From Peribolospora baueri (taxonomy: Eukaryota): a stretch of DNA of 64,000 nt. Positions 21,899 to 33,669 of the stretch are shown here, piece after piece. The stretch spans positions 124,001 through 188,000 of the forward strand of contig JAMDHS010000030.1 in the NCBI GenBank assembly GCA_029717555.1. The letters run 5' to 3'. The notes under the pieces were generated by a model, which saw only the letters and a program-made list of their open reading frames with translations, was not told the DNA's origin and made no database searches. A program made the position numbers and the translations under genes. Numbering within the stretch: the stretch's first letter is position 1; the number at the start of each line of letters is the position of its first letter.

Positions 21899-24800
21899 AT
21901 GGCCAAGCTTGCCTACCGTCTGCCCCACTTGGGGCCGGAGGGGACCGCCAACTTGGCGTCTCTTCTCCGCCTCATCATCATCATCCTCATTGCCGGCGCT
22001 TCCATCTCTTCTCGACTGTTCGCCGTTATCAGGCACGAGAGTATCATTCACGAGTTGTAAGTATAAACGAATGCTCTGGGTGCCTCAGTGTTCCTGAAGC
22101 CTTATGGTCAGGTAGTGATGACAGCAGTGATGAACGAATGGTTGCGAATGCTATCCTCCACTCCCTTTTCACTCCAGCGACCCGTGGTTCAACTTCCGAG
22201 CCTCGAAGGTGCTCGCCAATGAAGGCTTCTACACCTTTTGGAACTGGTTCGACCCCACGGCATGGTACCCGCTCGGCCGTGCTGCCGGAGGTACCGTCTA
22301 CCCAGGACTGATGGTCACGTCGGGCATCATCTACAATTTCCTCCGCTTCATCAACGTACCCGTCGACATTCGCGACATTTGCGTCCTCCTCGCCCCTGCC
22401 TTCTCCGGCCTCACCGCCTTTGCCACGTTCTTGTTTACCAGGCAGATGAAAGACGCTAGCGCTGGCTTGCTTGCCGCCGCGTTTATCGGTATTGCTCCTG
22501 GTGCGTCCTTGACCGGCCCTAGCAAAACCTAACGATCTCGGTCTGACCTCCTTCTCGTGCTTACCTCCCTGTCATCTCTGTTAGGTTACATTTCCCGTTC
22601 GGTGGCCGGCTCCTACGACAACGAGGCGATTGCCATCTTCCTGCTCATGATCACTTTCTACCTCTGGATCAAGGCCCTCAAGACCGGCTCAGCCGTGTGG
22701 GGTGTCTGGACGGCGCTTTTCTACTTCTACATGGTCGCTGCTTGGGGTGAGGAGGAATGCACGCGCACGGTTGCCACTACCGATCGGTCCCAATGAGGAT
22801 TCAGCTCCTGGCTTACATTTCCTTATTTCTACTTGTCCGCCCACCAGGTGGCTACGTCTTCATCACCAACATGATTCCCTTGCACGCCTTTGTCCTCATC
22901 CTCATGGGCCGCTTCACCTCTCGCCTCTACGTCGCCTATTCTTCCTTCTACGTGGTCGGGACGCTCGCGTCGATGCAGGTCCCCTTCGTCGGTTTCCAGC
23001 CTGTCCGCACCTCGGAACACATGGCCGCACTTGGCGTGTTCGGCCTTATCCAGCTTACCGCTTTCGTCGAGCTTGTTAGGAGCCATGTTAGCAGCAAGCA
23101 GTTCAAGTTGCTCCTCAGGCTGGGCGTCGTGCTCGTCTTCGGTCTCGCCTTTGCCGCCCTTGTCGCGCTCACGTACGGCGGCTACATTGCCCCTTGGACG
23201 GGCCGTTTCTACTCTCTTTGGGACACGGGCTACGCGAAGAAGTGAGTGTTATTTAGCTGATTTCTTCCCCCCCTTTTCTCCATCTCACGGTTTTCTTGTT
23301 TCTTGGCTCTGTGTAGGTACATCCCGATCATCGCCTCCGTCTCGGAGCACCAACCACCAGCATGGCCGGCCTTCTTCTTCGATCTCCAGATGCTCATCTG
23401 GCTTTTCCCAGCGGGCGTCTACATGCTCTTCCGCGAGCTACGCGACGAGCACGTCTTCGTCATAGTCTACGCCGTCTTGGCCAGCTACTTCGCGTCAGTC
23501 ATGGTCCGTCTTATGCTTACTCTTACCCCCGTCGTCTGTGTCGCCGCTGCGGTTGCGATGAGCACGTTGCTCGACACCTACCTCGACCCCCGCGAGCCTG
23601 ATTTGCCCGCTGGCACTTCCGACTCCGTGACCGGCGACAACGCTCACCTTACTGTGCCTAAGGGCGGGGCGAGCAAAGGCAAGAAAGGCTCTTCTACCGG
23701 CAATGGAATGGTCGCCTCGGCCAAGGCCAAGGCGAAGGTGAGCCTCAAGAAGGCGGCCGGCGCGTTCGGAATCTATGGCCTCGACACGCGTCTCTTCGTC
23801 GTCGGCTACTCGACCTTGCTCCTCCTCCTCTTCGTGCTCCACTGCACTTTCGTCACCTCCACTGCGTACTCCTCGCCTTCTGTCGTTCTGGCTAGCCGGC
23901 TCCCCGATGGGAGCCAGAACATCATCGATGACTTCAGAGAGGCCTATTACTGGTTGAGGATGAACACCAAGGAGGACGACAAGGTCATGAGCTGGTGGGA
24001 CTACGGGTATCAGATTGCGGGGATGGCGGATAGGCCCACTTTGGTGGACAACAACACTTGTGAGTCAAGGCGCTGGACGGGGGAGCAGTAGTTCACGCTT
24101 AGGCACTTAAGATTTCTGTCAACATCTCGGTCCTTTTTCGGGCCCTTCTCGTTATCAATCATTCAGGGAACAATACCCACATTGTAAGTTGCATGGGCGG
24201 ACCTTACCATCGCCAGCGTCTTTTGATGGCTCTCACTGGTTGATAGCACTTCTGACTTTATGTAACTATCATTGGTTTTTGTCAGGCGACCGTAGGCAAG
24301 GCTATGTCCTCGCGCGAAGAAGTGGCGTACCCGATTCTGCGCAAGCACGGTGAGTGGGCTTGTTCAACTCTTACCGAGGGCGATGCTCCGGCAGGGGCTC
24401 CGGGCTGCGCTGATAGACCGACACCACCTGGGGTTTTGGCCGCTGTCTAATTTCTTGCAGATGTCAAGTACATCCTTGTCATCTTCGGAGGCCTGATCGG
24501 TTTTAGCGGCGATGATATAAACAAATTCTTGGTGAGTGTTGATGAGTTATTGGAGTGATTCTCTTCCCTTGACTCGGCATCTCATTACGCGTCGGCAGCT
24601 TGCTGATCCATCACCCTCCTGTCTTTCACGACGATATCTGAATTGCAGTGGATGATCAGGATTGCTCAAGGCGTAAGCGCATGATTTCGTCTCCTCGGCC
24701 CGTCCACGTATGCGTACGTGGCTCATAAAGTCTGATTCTAACGACCGCATGCAACTTGGTTTCGCTTCTCTTTTGTGCTCTCCAGATCTGGCCCGATGAG

Positions 24801-25467
24801 GTTGTGGAGAAAGACTTCTTCACCCCTCGTGGCGAGTACCGCGTCGATGATGGTGCGACCGCTACGATGCGCAACTCTTTGCTGTACAAGATGAGCTACT
24901 ATCGGTGAGCCTTCGCGTGCTGATAACCCCCGGAGGCTATCCAGTCCTCGGCCAAGCGCTTGATTTTGGACCCGACCGTTCTTGCTCACACGCCTCCGCG
25001 CTTGGATACCTTCGACTCTCACCCACGTGGCATCGCAGCTTCAATGAGCTCTATGGCGGCCGACCTGCTTTCGACCGAGTACGGCAATCGCAGCTCCCTG
25101 CGGTCGGGCCGACGCTGGACGTGCTGGACGAGGCGTTCACCTCGGAGAACTGGATCGTGCGCATCTATGAGGTCAAGGACGAGGACATTCTCGGCCGGGA
25201 CTTGGCCGGTGCCAACGCTTTTGAGTCTGGTGAGCGCCTGGAAACGTGGACTTTGTTACTGACTTGACTTGACTGGGACGCGGATCTGTGTGAGGGCTGT
25301 GATGGAGAGGACGGAGGAGTTGACCATCGTCGTCATCCACCCGTGCCCTTTTTCCCCTCTCCTTCCTCGCATCCGCTCTTGTCGTCCCATCGTCCACCTC
25401 CACAGGGAAGAGGCGGAAGAAGCGAGTGCCGAAAGCACGTGCCGGGGCGAAGAGGAAGGGCAACTGA
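21899..25467 (+). CDS. STT3: Oligosaccharyltransferase catalytic subunit Stt3, many exons
   Basis: [103 protein letters not shown] introns with microexons; ends ...KRKGN* at 25467. Confidence 0.98.
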
Positions 25468-25469
25468 AC

Positions 25470-26075
25470 TCGGCTGGGCTGGGCTGAACCGAGCCGTGCC
25501 GTGCCGAGATGAGACGAGACGAGTCGCTCGGAGTCGAGCAGCTGTACATCCATGCTCGAACACGCGTGAACCCAAAATGATGTGCCGTGCGGTGCGGTGC
25601 GGAAAAGAGAGCTCTGCGCTCGGCCAAAAAGAAAGAAAGAGAAAAAGAAAGAGAGAGACGAAAAGAAAGAGATGACGCCGGCTTAGGTTGCGTTTCTGTC
25701 GTGTTCCGATGCGAGAGCGAGGGGAGCATACCATCCGAGATCCCTCTCTCGTTCGTTCCTTCGTTCCTTCGTTCGTTCCTTTCATTTCGCGGCCTGGTTT
25801 AACTACTTACTGACTTGTGTACGAACGCACGGACGGGCGGACTGACGTACGGACGACGGGTGGTGGAGGGGAGAGAGAGAGAGATGGGGTGGAATGGGAT
25901 GGGATGAGATGGGATGGGATGGGATTGGATGGGGTGAGAGCGGTTGGGGTGGGTAGAGAGAGGTACACGATTGAGAGCGGACGGACGGACGGACGGACGG
26001 ACGGACGGACAGGCGGACGGGCGGATGGACGGACGGACGGACGCTGGGCGGTTGAGCGAGGTACACGATTGGAAT
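25470..26075. repeat. Compound microsatellite tract between the convergent STT3 and CDC55 genes
   Basis: (GGGCT), (GCCGT), (GAGAC), (GCGGT), (GAAA), (TTCG/TTCC), (GA), (GGGAT)n and (GGAC)n arrays, plus a direct repeat GAGGTACACGATTG near 25960 and 26058. Confidence 0.85.
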
Positions 26076-26634
26076 ATGGGGAAGAAGAAGGAAGGCGAGC
26101 GGGATGGCGAACGACGGACAGCGGACGGCGGACGAAAGGGGATGGAGGAACAAGAAGAAAAAGGGAAAAAAACCGAGCGACGGACGAAATGGAGGCGAGA
26201 GGGGCTCGGCTGGCTGAAGCGGCTAGGACGAAGGAAAGGCGGTCGAAGGAAAAAAAGGAAAAGCGACGGGCGAGGCGAGGCAAAAGAAAAAAGCCTGCAG
26301 GTGGACCCTCGCGTGTGAAGGGCGAACTGCCGGGGAAGGTCGGAAGGTCGAAAAAACGAGGTGGAGGATGGGTAGACGGTGGGAAAGAATAACGCAAGTG
26401 GCCGTGCTGTTCCGAACGTGTGCGTTGTCGCGGACGGCGCGTTGGACGTGAACGAGCGAGTAGGGTAGGTCAAGTCGTTGATTCATGGATGGAGGCCTGG
26501 CCTGTGGCGCGAGGGCATGGTTCGTGGAGGCGCGGGACGAGACGGGAGGGCGCGGGGAGGGTCCGAGCGGAGACGATCGCTGGCACTCACTTCCCCCCGC
26601 CCCGGCACGCTTGAAGCGGAGAAGGATACTAGAA

Positions 26635-28735
26635 TTATGGATGTACGGAGGAGAACTGTAGGAAAAGAGGGTGACACGGGACGGACTAGTCAGTCGTGGC
26701 CGGAAATTATGACTTGTGACGGGAGAGCCGACTGGAAGGCTCACGATGAAGAGGTTGTTCGTCGCGGCGATAGCGGTCGTGTTCTCCTTCGGATGCCATG
26801 ATGCGTGCAAAATCTTTTTGTTAAAACTGCGCGAGGGAGGAAGGGCGAAGGACAGAGGGGAAAGCTGAAATCAGTGGCTGCACGAACCCCTCCACGTGGC
26901 TTAGCTCCGTCGGCTGGGCTCGAGCAACAGACGGAGGACTCACTCTAAGTTGTCCACGTTTACCTCCTTCACGCCCGGGCCAAGTATGCCACCTGGCTTG
27001 CCGTTCTTGCCTTTGGCACCGGCCATCTTCTTCGCCTTGAAGGCCGACTTGTCGGCCTGCAGGACGATCTCGGAGGACGCCTCAGGGGAGGTGGGGTAGA
27101 TGGAGAAGTAATTGCCGTAGGAACCGGTGAGAACGCCGCTGGGGGAGAGGAGAGAGGACTGGTCAGAAAAAAAGGGTCGCGCAAGCATTCCAAGACCGCG
27201 AAGCCGACTCACGACCCGTCGCCGCTCCAGCAAGCCTCGAATTTGTCAAAGATGTTATCGCTCTCGTACAGATCGCAAAGCTTGGGGCGCAAATGATCGT
27301 GAATGTAGATCGTCTTCAAAGGTCGATTCTCCATGTTCACGTCCCAGATCTTGAGGGTAAGATAGTCGCGGGAGAGGATGTACCGGCCGTCGCGGGAGAA
27401 CTTGACGTCGGAAATGGAGGAGATGATCTCGGAGAAGAAGGACTTGTTCGACGGGTCTTCTTCTTCTTCGAACACTGGGGGGAGCAGCGAAGAGGGTGAA
27501 GGTGACGGTGGAGGCATCCGAAAGAGCGCAAGTCAGCGTGCAAGTGCAAGCGCGGCCAAGACGTGCGGGGTGGAGAAGGGATGGGAAAGCACTCACTCTT
27601 GGCGTGCTGGTCGCACAAGGCAGAGTCGCGCATGTCGGCAAGCTTGATGGTGCCCTTGCTGGAGGAATAGACGAACTGGTTGCAGTGGATGGGATGAAAC
27701 TCGGCGGCGGTGATGACCTCTGTCAGCTCCTCCATGTTGACGGGCTTGATGTCGACGATGTCTGTTAGCGGGACAGGCGAAAAGATGGCTCAACACGGAA
27801 ATGGAAGATGAAAAGGAAAACGGAAGGAAGGATGGCATGCGTGTCGCGATTCGAAACGCACTGAAGCTCTGGTCGTGAATGTTCAAGTTCCAGAGGTTGA
27901 TCCTCAAGTCGTCGGCGGAGATGTACGTCTCCTGGTCCGAGTTTACGCTGATCGAGTTGATGTGGTAGGCGTGAGCGTTGGCGTACACCTTGCGGGGCAC
28001 GGCGGCGACGATGGTGTCGTGATGGGTCATTCGCGGTAAACGCAGACCGTTGACGCCTGCGAGCGTCGGATGGAGGGCGGAAGGCTGCTGGCGGAAGCCG
28101 TCGGAAAGGTTGTTCTCCGACACCACCTTGAGCGACTTTTCGAACACCTTCCATAGCTTGATCGTTTTGTCTGCCGGAGAGAGGGTTGCGAAAGAGCGGG
28201 CGGTCAGTCGGACAGCGCGGAGGGGTGCCGGTGCGCTAGGGACACAAGCGGGCGCGGGCGGGTCGACGTGATCGTGGAAAGAGCTGGCTGCTAAGCTCAC
28301 CATTGGTGCTGAGCAAGAAATGAGCTGCGTTCTGACGCTTGAGCCACCGGATCTTGTTGATCTTCTCCTCGATCTCGAGCGATTTGAGGTAGTCAAATTC
28401 CGGCTCGTGGGACTGGAACTCGGTGTGGAACTTGTACTCGCAACCCTTTTTCTGTCGTGGACGAAGGGGGGAGAGGGGGGTTAAGAGAGAACGCGAGGAG
28501 GAGGACAAGCTGAGAAGGGGCGGGGGGAAGGCGAAGGAAGGGGTCGACTCACGGACTCGTTTCGCTCGAAGAGGACGACTCGACCGCCCTTGTCTCCTGT
28601 CGCGAGGTAGTCGCCGGTGTGGTCGAACTCGACGGTGGAGATGATGTCGGCTTCGGTGATGTCGTCCACCTCGCCCTTGTCGCCGAAGCATTGCGCGAAC
28701 CTCCAGCCGCCCGAGGCGTCTCCGTCTCGTTCCAT
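26635..28735 (-). CDS. CDC55: Protein phosphatase 2A regulatory subunit B55 (WD40)
   Basis: [120 protein letters not shown]. Eight exons. Confidence 0.98.
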
Positions 28736-29090
28736 CGTCGTTGTGATGGAGGAGAGGAGGAGAGGAGGAGGAGAGGAGAGCGTCGGCGCGGACGGAAGGA
28801 TGGAGGCGGTGAAGAGGCGAGGATGAAGGGGGTTCGCCGGCGGCAGACGAGGGGGATGATGAGGGGGACGAGGGCGATGAGGACGAGGAGGACGGTGACG
28901 AGGATGGTGTTGGTGACGATGACCGCCTGATGATGGACGCTGAGCTGAGCTGAGCTGACGATTGATCGCTTGCTTGCTTGCGACTCCGTTCGATGGTCGA
29001 CGACTCCGCTCGCGACTCGCTCGCCCTCTGATTGCCGCCCAGCGTCAGTCGGCAGACCCGCTCGCCTGCGAGGCTGGCATGCGTCGCCCC

Positions 29091-29204
29091 GCCCATCCCC
29101 GCCCATCCCCGCCCATCCCCGCAATCACGTGCGTCCAGACTCCCGATTGCAGCTGCGGCGGTAGCTGCGGCAACATCAATGAGGGCCATATGCAACCACG
29201 TGCG
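29091..29204. promoter_or_regulatory. CDC55/ERG13 divergent promoter: (GCCCATCCCC)x3 followed by two GCAA(T/C)CACGTGCG E-box elements
   Basis: 10-mer tandem at 29091-29120; GCAATCACGTGCG at 29121-29133 and GCAACCACGTGCG at 29192-29204. Confidence 0.5.
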
Positions 29205-29505
29205 CGCTGCGGCGGACGCAGGCTCACTCACGCTCGCGTGCTCATCCCCTTTGCCTTCTCCGCCGGCGGATGTGCGCTTCCGCGGAGCAGGCCGGCTGCT
29301 GCGGCGCGAGGAGGACGACTTCCTGGCCGACCTGGACCTGAGCAGAGGACGGCGAGCAAGGTGAGCTGGGTCGGTGGAATAAAATAAAAAGCGAGCTTCT
29401 CCATCTGCTTCCTCCCTCTTCGCCCCCTCCTCTTCCCCCTTCATCCTCCTCTCCAGCCGTCATCCCACCCCCCCGCTCCTTCCATCTCCCCTCTCAGCCG
29501 CCGCC

Positions 29506-31679
29506 ATGTCTTTCCCTCGCCCCCAGAACGTCGGCATCAAGGCCATTGAGGTCTACTTCCCCAAGAGGGTGCGCATTGCCTCCCCGCTTCCTTCCTTGCT
29601 CCACCGAGCGCTCGATCGTCGTGCGAGAGAGACGAGACGGCAGAAGATATAGATAGACGCCTCGCCAGGTCCCGCTCCTGCTGCTCTGGCCTTCGCTCCA
29701 GCTTTGCCCCCGCTCATTTATGCGTTTTTTTCGACGCCGCCCCCACAGTGTATCTCCGAGGAGGACCTCGAAGAGTTTGACGGCGCAGCCAAGGGCAAGT
29801 ACACCATCGGCTTCGGCCAGAAGTACATGGCTTTCACCGATGACCGCGAGGACATCCACTCCTTCTTGCTCACCGGTGAGTCCATGCGAGCGAGTGAGCG
29901 AGGCGCGCCTCGTCTCCAGCCTGCTCCCAAGGATCGGAGAAAGAAGGGACAAACAGGAGCCGAGGCTAGAGTGTCTTTTCGTTTCGCTTCTCCTCGGCCT
30001 CTTCGATTTTGGTTTACACCACGGTCGCTGCTGACTTGCCCCCTCGCTTCTCTCGCAGCGGTCTCCTCCCTGATGGAGAAGTACAACATCGACCCCAAGT
30101 CGATCGGCCGCCTGGACGTCGGCACGGAGACGATCATCGACAAGTCCAAGTCCGCCAAGACGGTGCTGATGAACCTCTTCGCCCCTCATGGCAACACGGA
30201 CATCGAGGGCATCGACTCGAAGAACGCGTGCTACGGAGGCACTGCCGCCCTCTTCAACGCCGTCAACTGGGTTGAGAGCTCCAGCTGGGACGGTCGCGAT
30301 GCTATTGTCGTCGGCGGTGACATCGCCATCTACGCCGAGGGCTCCGCCAGGCCCGTTGGTGGCGCCGGCGCCGTCGCCATGCTCATCGGCCCCAACGCTC
30401 CCCTTGTGCTCGAGCGTGAGTGCGCGTTCAACGCCTTCATGTTACCGATTCGTTTTCCATCTAACCCCCAAACTTTGTCGCCTTGAATCCTTCTTTTTCC
30501 CTCAGCCGTTCACGGCACGCACATGGCCAACTCTTGGGACTTTGTGAGCTTTAGTCTGCCAACCTTTCCCTTTTTTCGTTTTTATTCATTTTTTGTCTCC
30601 GATCGCCACTGACTGGAATGCATTGTTATTACTCCTTACAGTACAAGCCCGATCTGTCCTCCGAGTACCCCCAGGTGGACGGTCCAGAGACGATCCTCAC
30701 CTACCTCGGCTCCGTGGACGCAACGTGGGACGCCTACCGGACAAAGACCGTCAGGCGCAACGCTGCTGGCCTCGCCAACGGCTCGACTACCAATGGTCAC
30801 CAGACCAATGGCTCTTCTGAGGCGAAGGACGAGAAGGCGAAGGTCAAGGCCTCCGACTTCGATCACGTCCTCTTCCACAGTCCCTACGGCAAGCTCGTCC
30901 AGAAGGGCTACGCTCGTCTCGTGAGTCCGCAGCGGGAGATCTCACCTAGATAGAACAGAAAAGAGGTCTACTCGAAAATCCTAACTCGTCCTCTTCTTGT
31001 CGCCGCAATTCTTTTTTTTGACTTGCGCAGCTCTACAACGACTTCCTCTCTGACCCAACGAACCCGGCCTACGCCAACATCGATCCCTCTTTCGCCTCTC
31101 TCCCGCGATTGAAGACGATCACCAACAAGGACGTCGAGAAGGCTTTCATGGCTTTGTCCAAGTCCAGCTACCCTACCGTCGTCGAGCCGAGCGCCGACTG
31201 CGTTCGGAGGTGCGGCAACATGTACACCGCATCCGTTTGGGGCGCTCTCGCTAGCCTCCTCTCCAACATGGGCCAAGACCTCGTCAACAAGCGCGTGGGC
31301 GTCTTCTCCTTCGGCTCCGGTCTCGCCGCCTCCTTCTTCTCCATCAAGGTCGTCTCCTCGCCCGTGGAGATGGTCGAGAAGATGCAGCTCAAGCAGCGCC
31401 TCGACGCCATGCAGGTCGTGCCGTGCCAGACTTACGTCGAGTCGCTCAAGGTGAGTTTAGCCTCAAGGTCTCGTCCATCGCCGGCGAGTCTAGTCCGTGC
31501 CCTTTTTACTGACGTCCTTGTCTCGTGCTTCGCGCTCGCAGCTCCGCGAGGATAACCACAACGCGATCAACTACGTGCCCTCTGGTTCTCTCGACCACCT
31601 TTGGCCTGGCACCTACTACCTCGAGAAGATCGACCACATGTTCCGCCGCACTTACGGCCGTACCCCCGCGTCTGCTTAG
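29506..31679 (+). CDS. ERG13: Hydroxymethylglutaryl-CoA synthase, 7 exons
   Basis: [41 protein letters not shown], catalytic [44 protein letters not shown]. Confidence 0.98.
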
Positions 31680-31900
31680 GTTCTCGATCGGTCGGATTCC
31701 CCGTATGCGCGGCGTCGCAAATCGTCCAACTCGTCTCTGCCTTCTAGCTCTTCGCCCTTATCTTGCCGCCCCCAGTCAACTTTCTCTCCTCTCTCGTCGC
31801 GCCGTGGCGATCCACGCTGTCGCCAAACATCGTATGTAGATGACCCAACCTGCGCTGTCGAGTCCGTCTCCTAGCTGCTCGTCGTCTCCCACCGCCTCTG

Positions 31901-31941
<41 letters not shown>
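31901..31941 (+). repeat. C8-T33 homopolymer run
   Basis: Direct count: C at 31901-31908, T at 31909-31941. Confidence 0.95.
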
Positions 31942-31996
31942 CCTCGTTTGGCTCGGTCCTAAAAGCGATGGAACGGCGGCAGCTCACACGACGACA

Positions 31997-33669
31997 ATGG
32001 CGCCATTTTTTTTTCTTTTGTTTCAGTTCTACGTTCCCTCGTGCGGCTACCTCATTTCCGTCCTCTACGGTCAGTTGCACAAACACGACGACACCGAGAT
32101 CTGGGTGTATCCTCAGCCGGGTGAACGTTCCACGACGGACGACGTCACCCCAGTGTCGCCCTTGCGCGAGGAGGAATCGAACGAACGCCGAGCGACGTCC
32201 TTCTTTCCGAAAACCCGCAAAGTACATCGAATGAGCGTGAGCACCGGTGCTGCTGCGCCTGCGCCATCAAGGCACCCGGCGCCTAACAGCGGCCGACAGC
32301 GACACCTTCGCAAAGTGCTCGTCACCCTGAGCGTCCAGTCGAGCGCCATCGCCCTCGCCGCCGCCGGCTTCTTGTCCGTCGCCGCCCAGGTGGCCACAGA
32401 GGCCTATCAGCTGTCCATGGAGAACAAAGTGGGACTCGTGTACGAGAGTTGTAACCTCGAGGCGGCATGGTTAACGCTGATGTGAGTCACTCGGTCACCA
32501 AGCGTTGGCCCAGCCTGGCCGGCGGTATGGTATTGGGCGGGCCGTCTGACTGACTCTGCTTTATTATTATTATTTGTTCATTCACCAGCTTTGGCAGTCT
32601 TGCTTTTGGCGCTGTGGTCACCCGAACCTTCGAGTCTGCGCCTCCGGCTCCAAACTCAACCAAGTCCACGAGCCGCTCCGGTGGCACCGCGGGCGTAGGC
32701 GTCATGTCGGCCGACCGACAGCGACAGTCGAGGACTTCTCTCTCCAACTTTTTCGTCCGTCCGCGAAACGTCTCAGACCCGCATGCTTGGCAAGCGCTGG
32801 AGGACGTTCGGAGACCGGACGCAGATGAGGTTGAAGGGGCTGAGTCAGGGTTAGGAGAATGCAAGCGATTCGCCCAGCCAGACGACGATGACGCTGTCGT
32901 GCTTCCGAAAGATGCGGGCGGGATCGGTTCGTACCAGCTGGAGGATCGGCAGGTGGTCATGGGGTCCCCCGTTCTGTACCCTTCCCCTTTCGGGCCGGTA
33001 GAGTCCCATCGGTCCATCTCGCCGCGCTCGCCTCCGCTTCAGCAGGTCCGTGTGCAGCGGAGGTCCACTCCGTCGGCCCATTCTCTCGCCGCGCTCTCCG
33101 GTTCTTCCGCTCACAACTCTTTTGCTGGGCCGAGCATGAGCGCGGGAGGAGGAGGGATGGTGATGGCTCGGGCGGGCTCGCCGCCGATGGAACCCATCGA
33201 CGAGTCCGAAGGCACGAGAGGCGCCTCTCCCACCGTCGTCGTGGACGTACAACAAGAGTCGGTCGGGGTCGGGTACGACGACAACGCGCTCGCCGTTCCG
33301 AGAGCGCTCGGCGGGGACGACGTGGACGAGCAGCTGGACGGCCTCAACGAGGAAGAGCTGTCGGTGCGAGCGGTGCGCGCTCTGGCAGGCCTTCCGCCGT
33401 CTCCGACGACGCCGGCGTCGGTCAAGTCGGCCGTCACCCAGGCGTCGAGCTCGGGACTGTCTCATGTCTGGCGACCTCCGGTCGAGTGGGATCGACACAA
33501 TCCGCTCGACGCTGGACCGGTCGTCACCACGCCGTTGCAGCCTCCTCCGCGCCGCCATACGCGCTCGACGAGGGGCGACAAGAGGACCGGTTCTGCAGGG
33601 TCAGGGTCTGGTTCTGGTTCTGGATCAGGATCTGGTTCTGGCCACGGCTCTGGCTCCGGCCCGAGGTGA
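31997..33669 (+). pseudogene. 5'-truncated paralog (last two exons only) of the adjacent multi-TM gene; pseudogene, fragment or short isoform
   Basis: Exon 32027-32481 (FYVPSCGYLISVL...RKVLVTLSVQSSAIALAAAGFLSVAAQV...NLEAAWLTLI) and exon 32589-33669 (FGSLAFGAVVTRTFE...) match exons 37388-37899 and 37971-38823, with the same intron position and phase. There is no room for upstream exons before the ERG13 stop at 31679. Confidence 0.65.

Noticed and set aside
22058..22177. Box C/D snoRNA in STT3 intron 1 (two GTGATGA)
   Set aside because: No downstream CTGA D box or terminal stem within the intron.
25799..26473. Several 100-220 aa ORFs on both strands
   Set aside because: They are translations of (GGAC)n and (GGGAT)n microsatellites.
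29270..29497. uORF (29270-29341) plus a 5'-UTR intron (GTGAGC 29361 to CAG 29497) for ERG13
   Set aside because: The AT-rich box (~29378-29390) and CT tract look like the core promoter, so transcription probably starts downstream. An in-frame TGA also blocks any N-terminal extension.
31901..31941. Poly(A) tail of a retrocopy or retrotransposon
   Set aside because: The adjacent gene fragment retains its intron and is on the wrong strand. No target-site duplication or RT sequence is evident.
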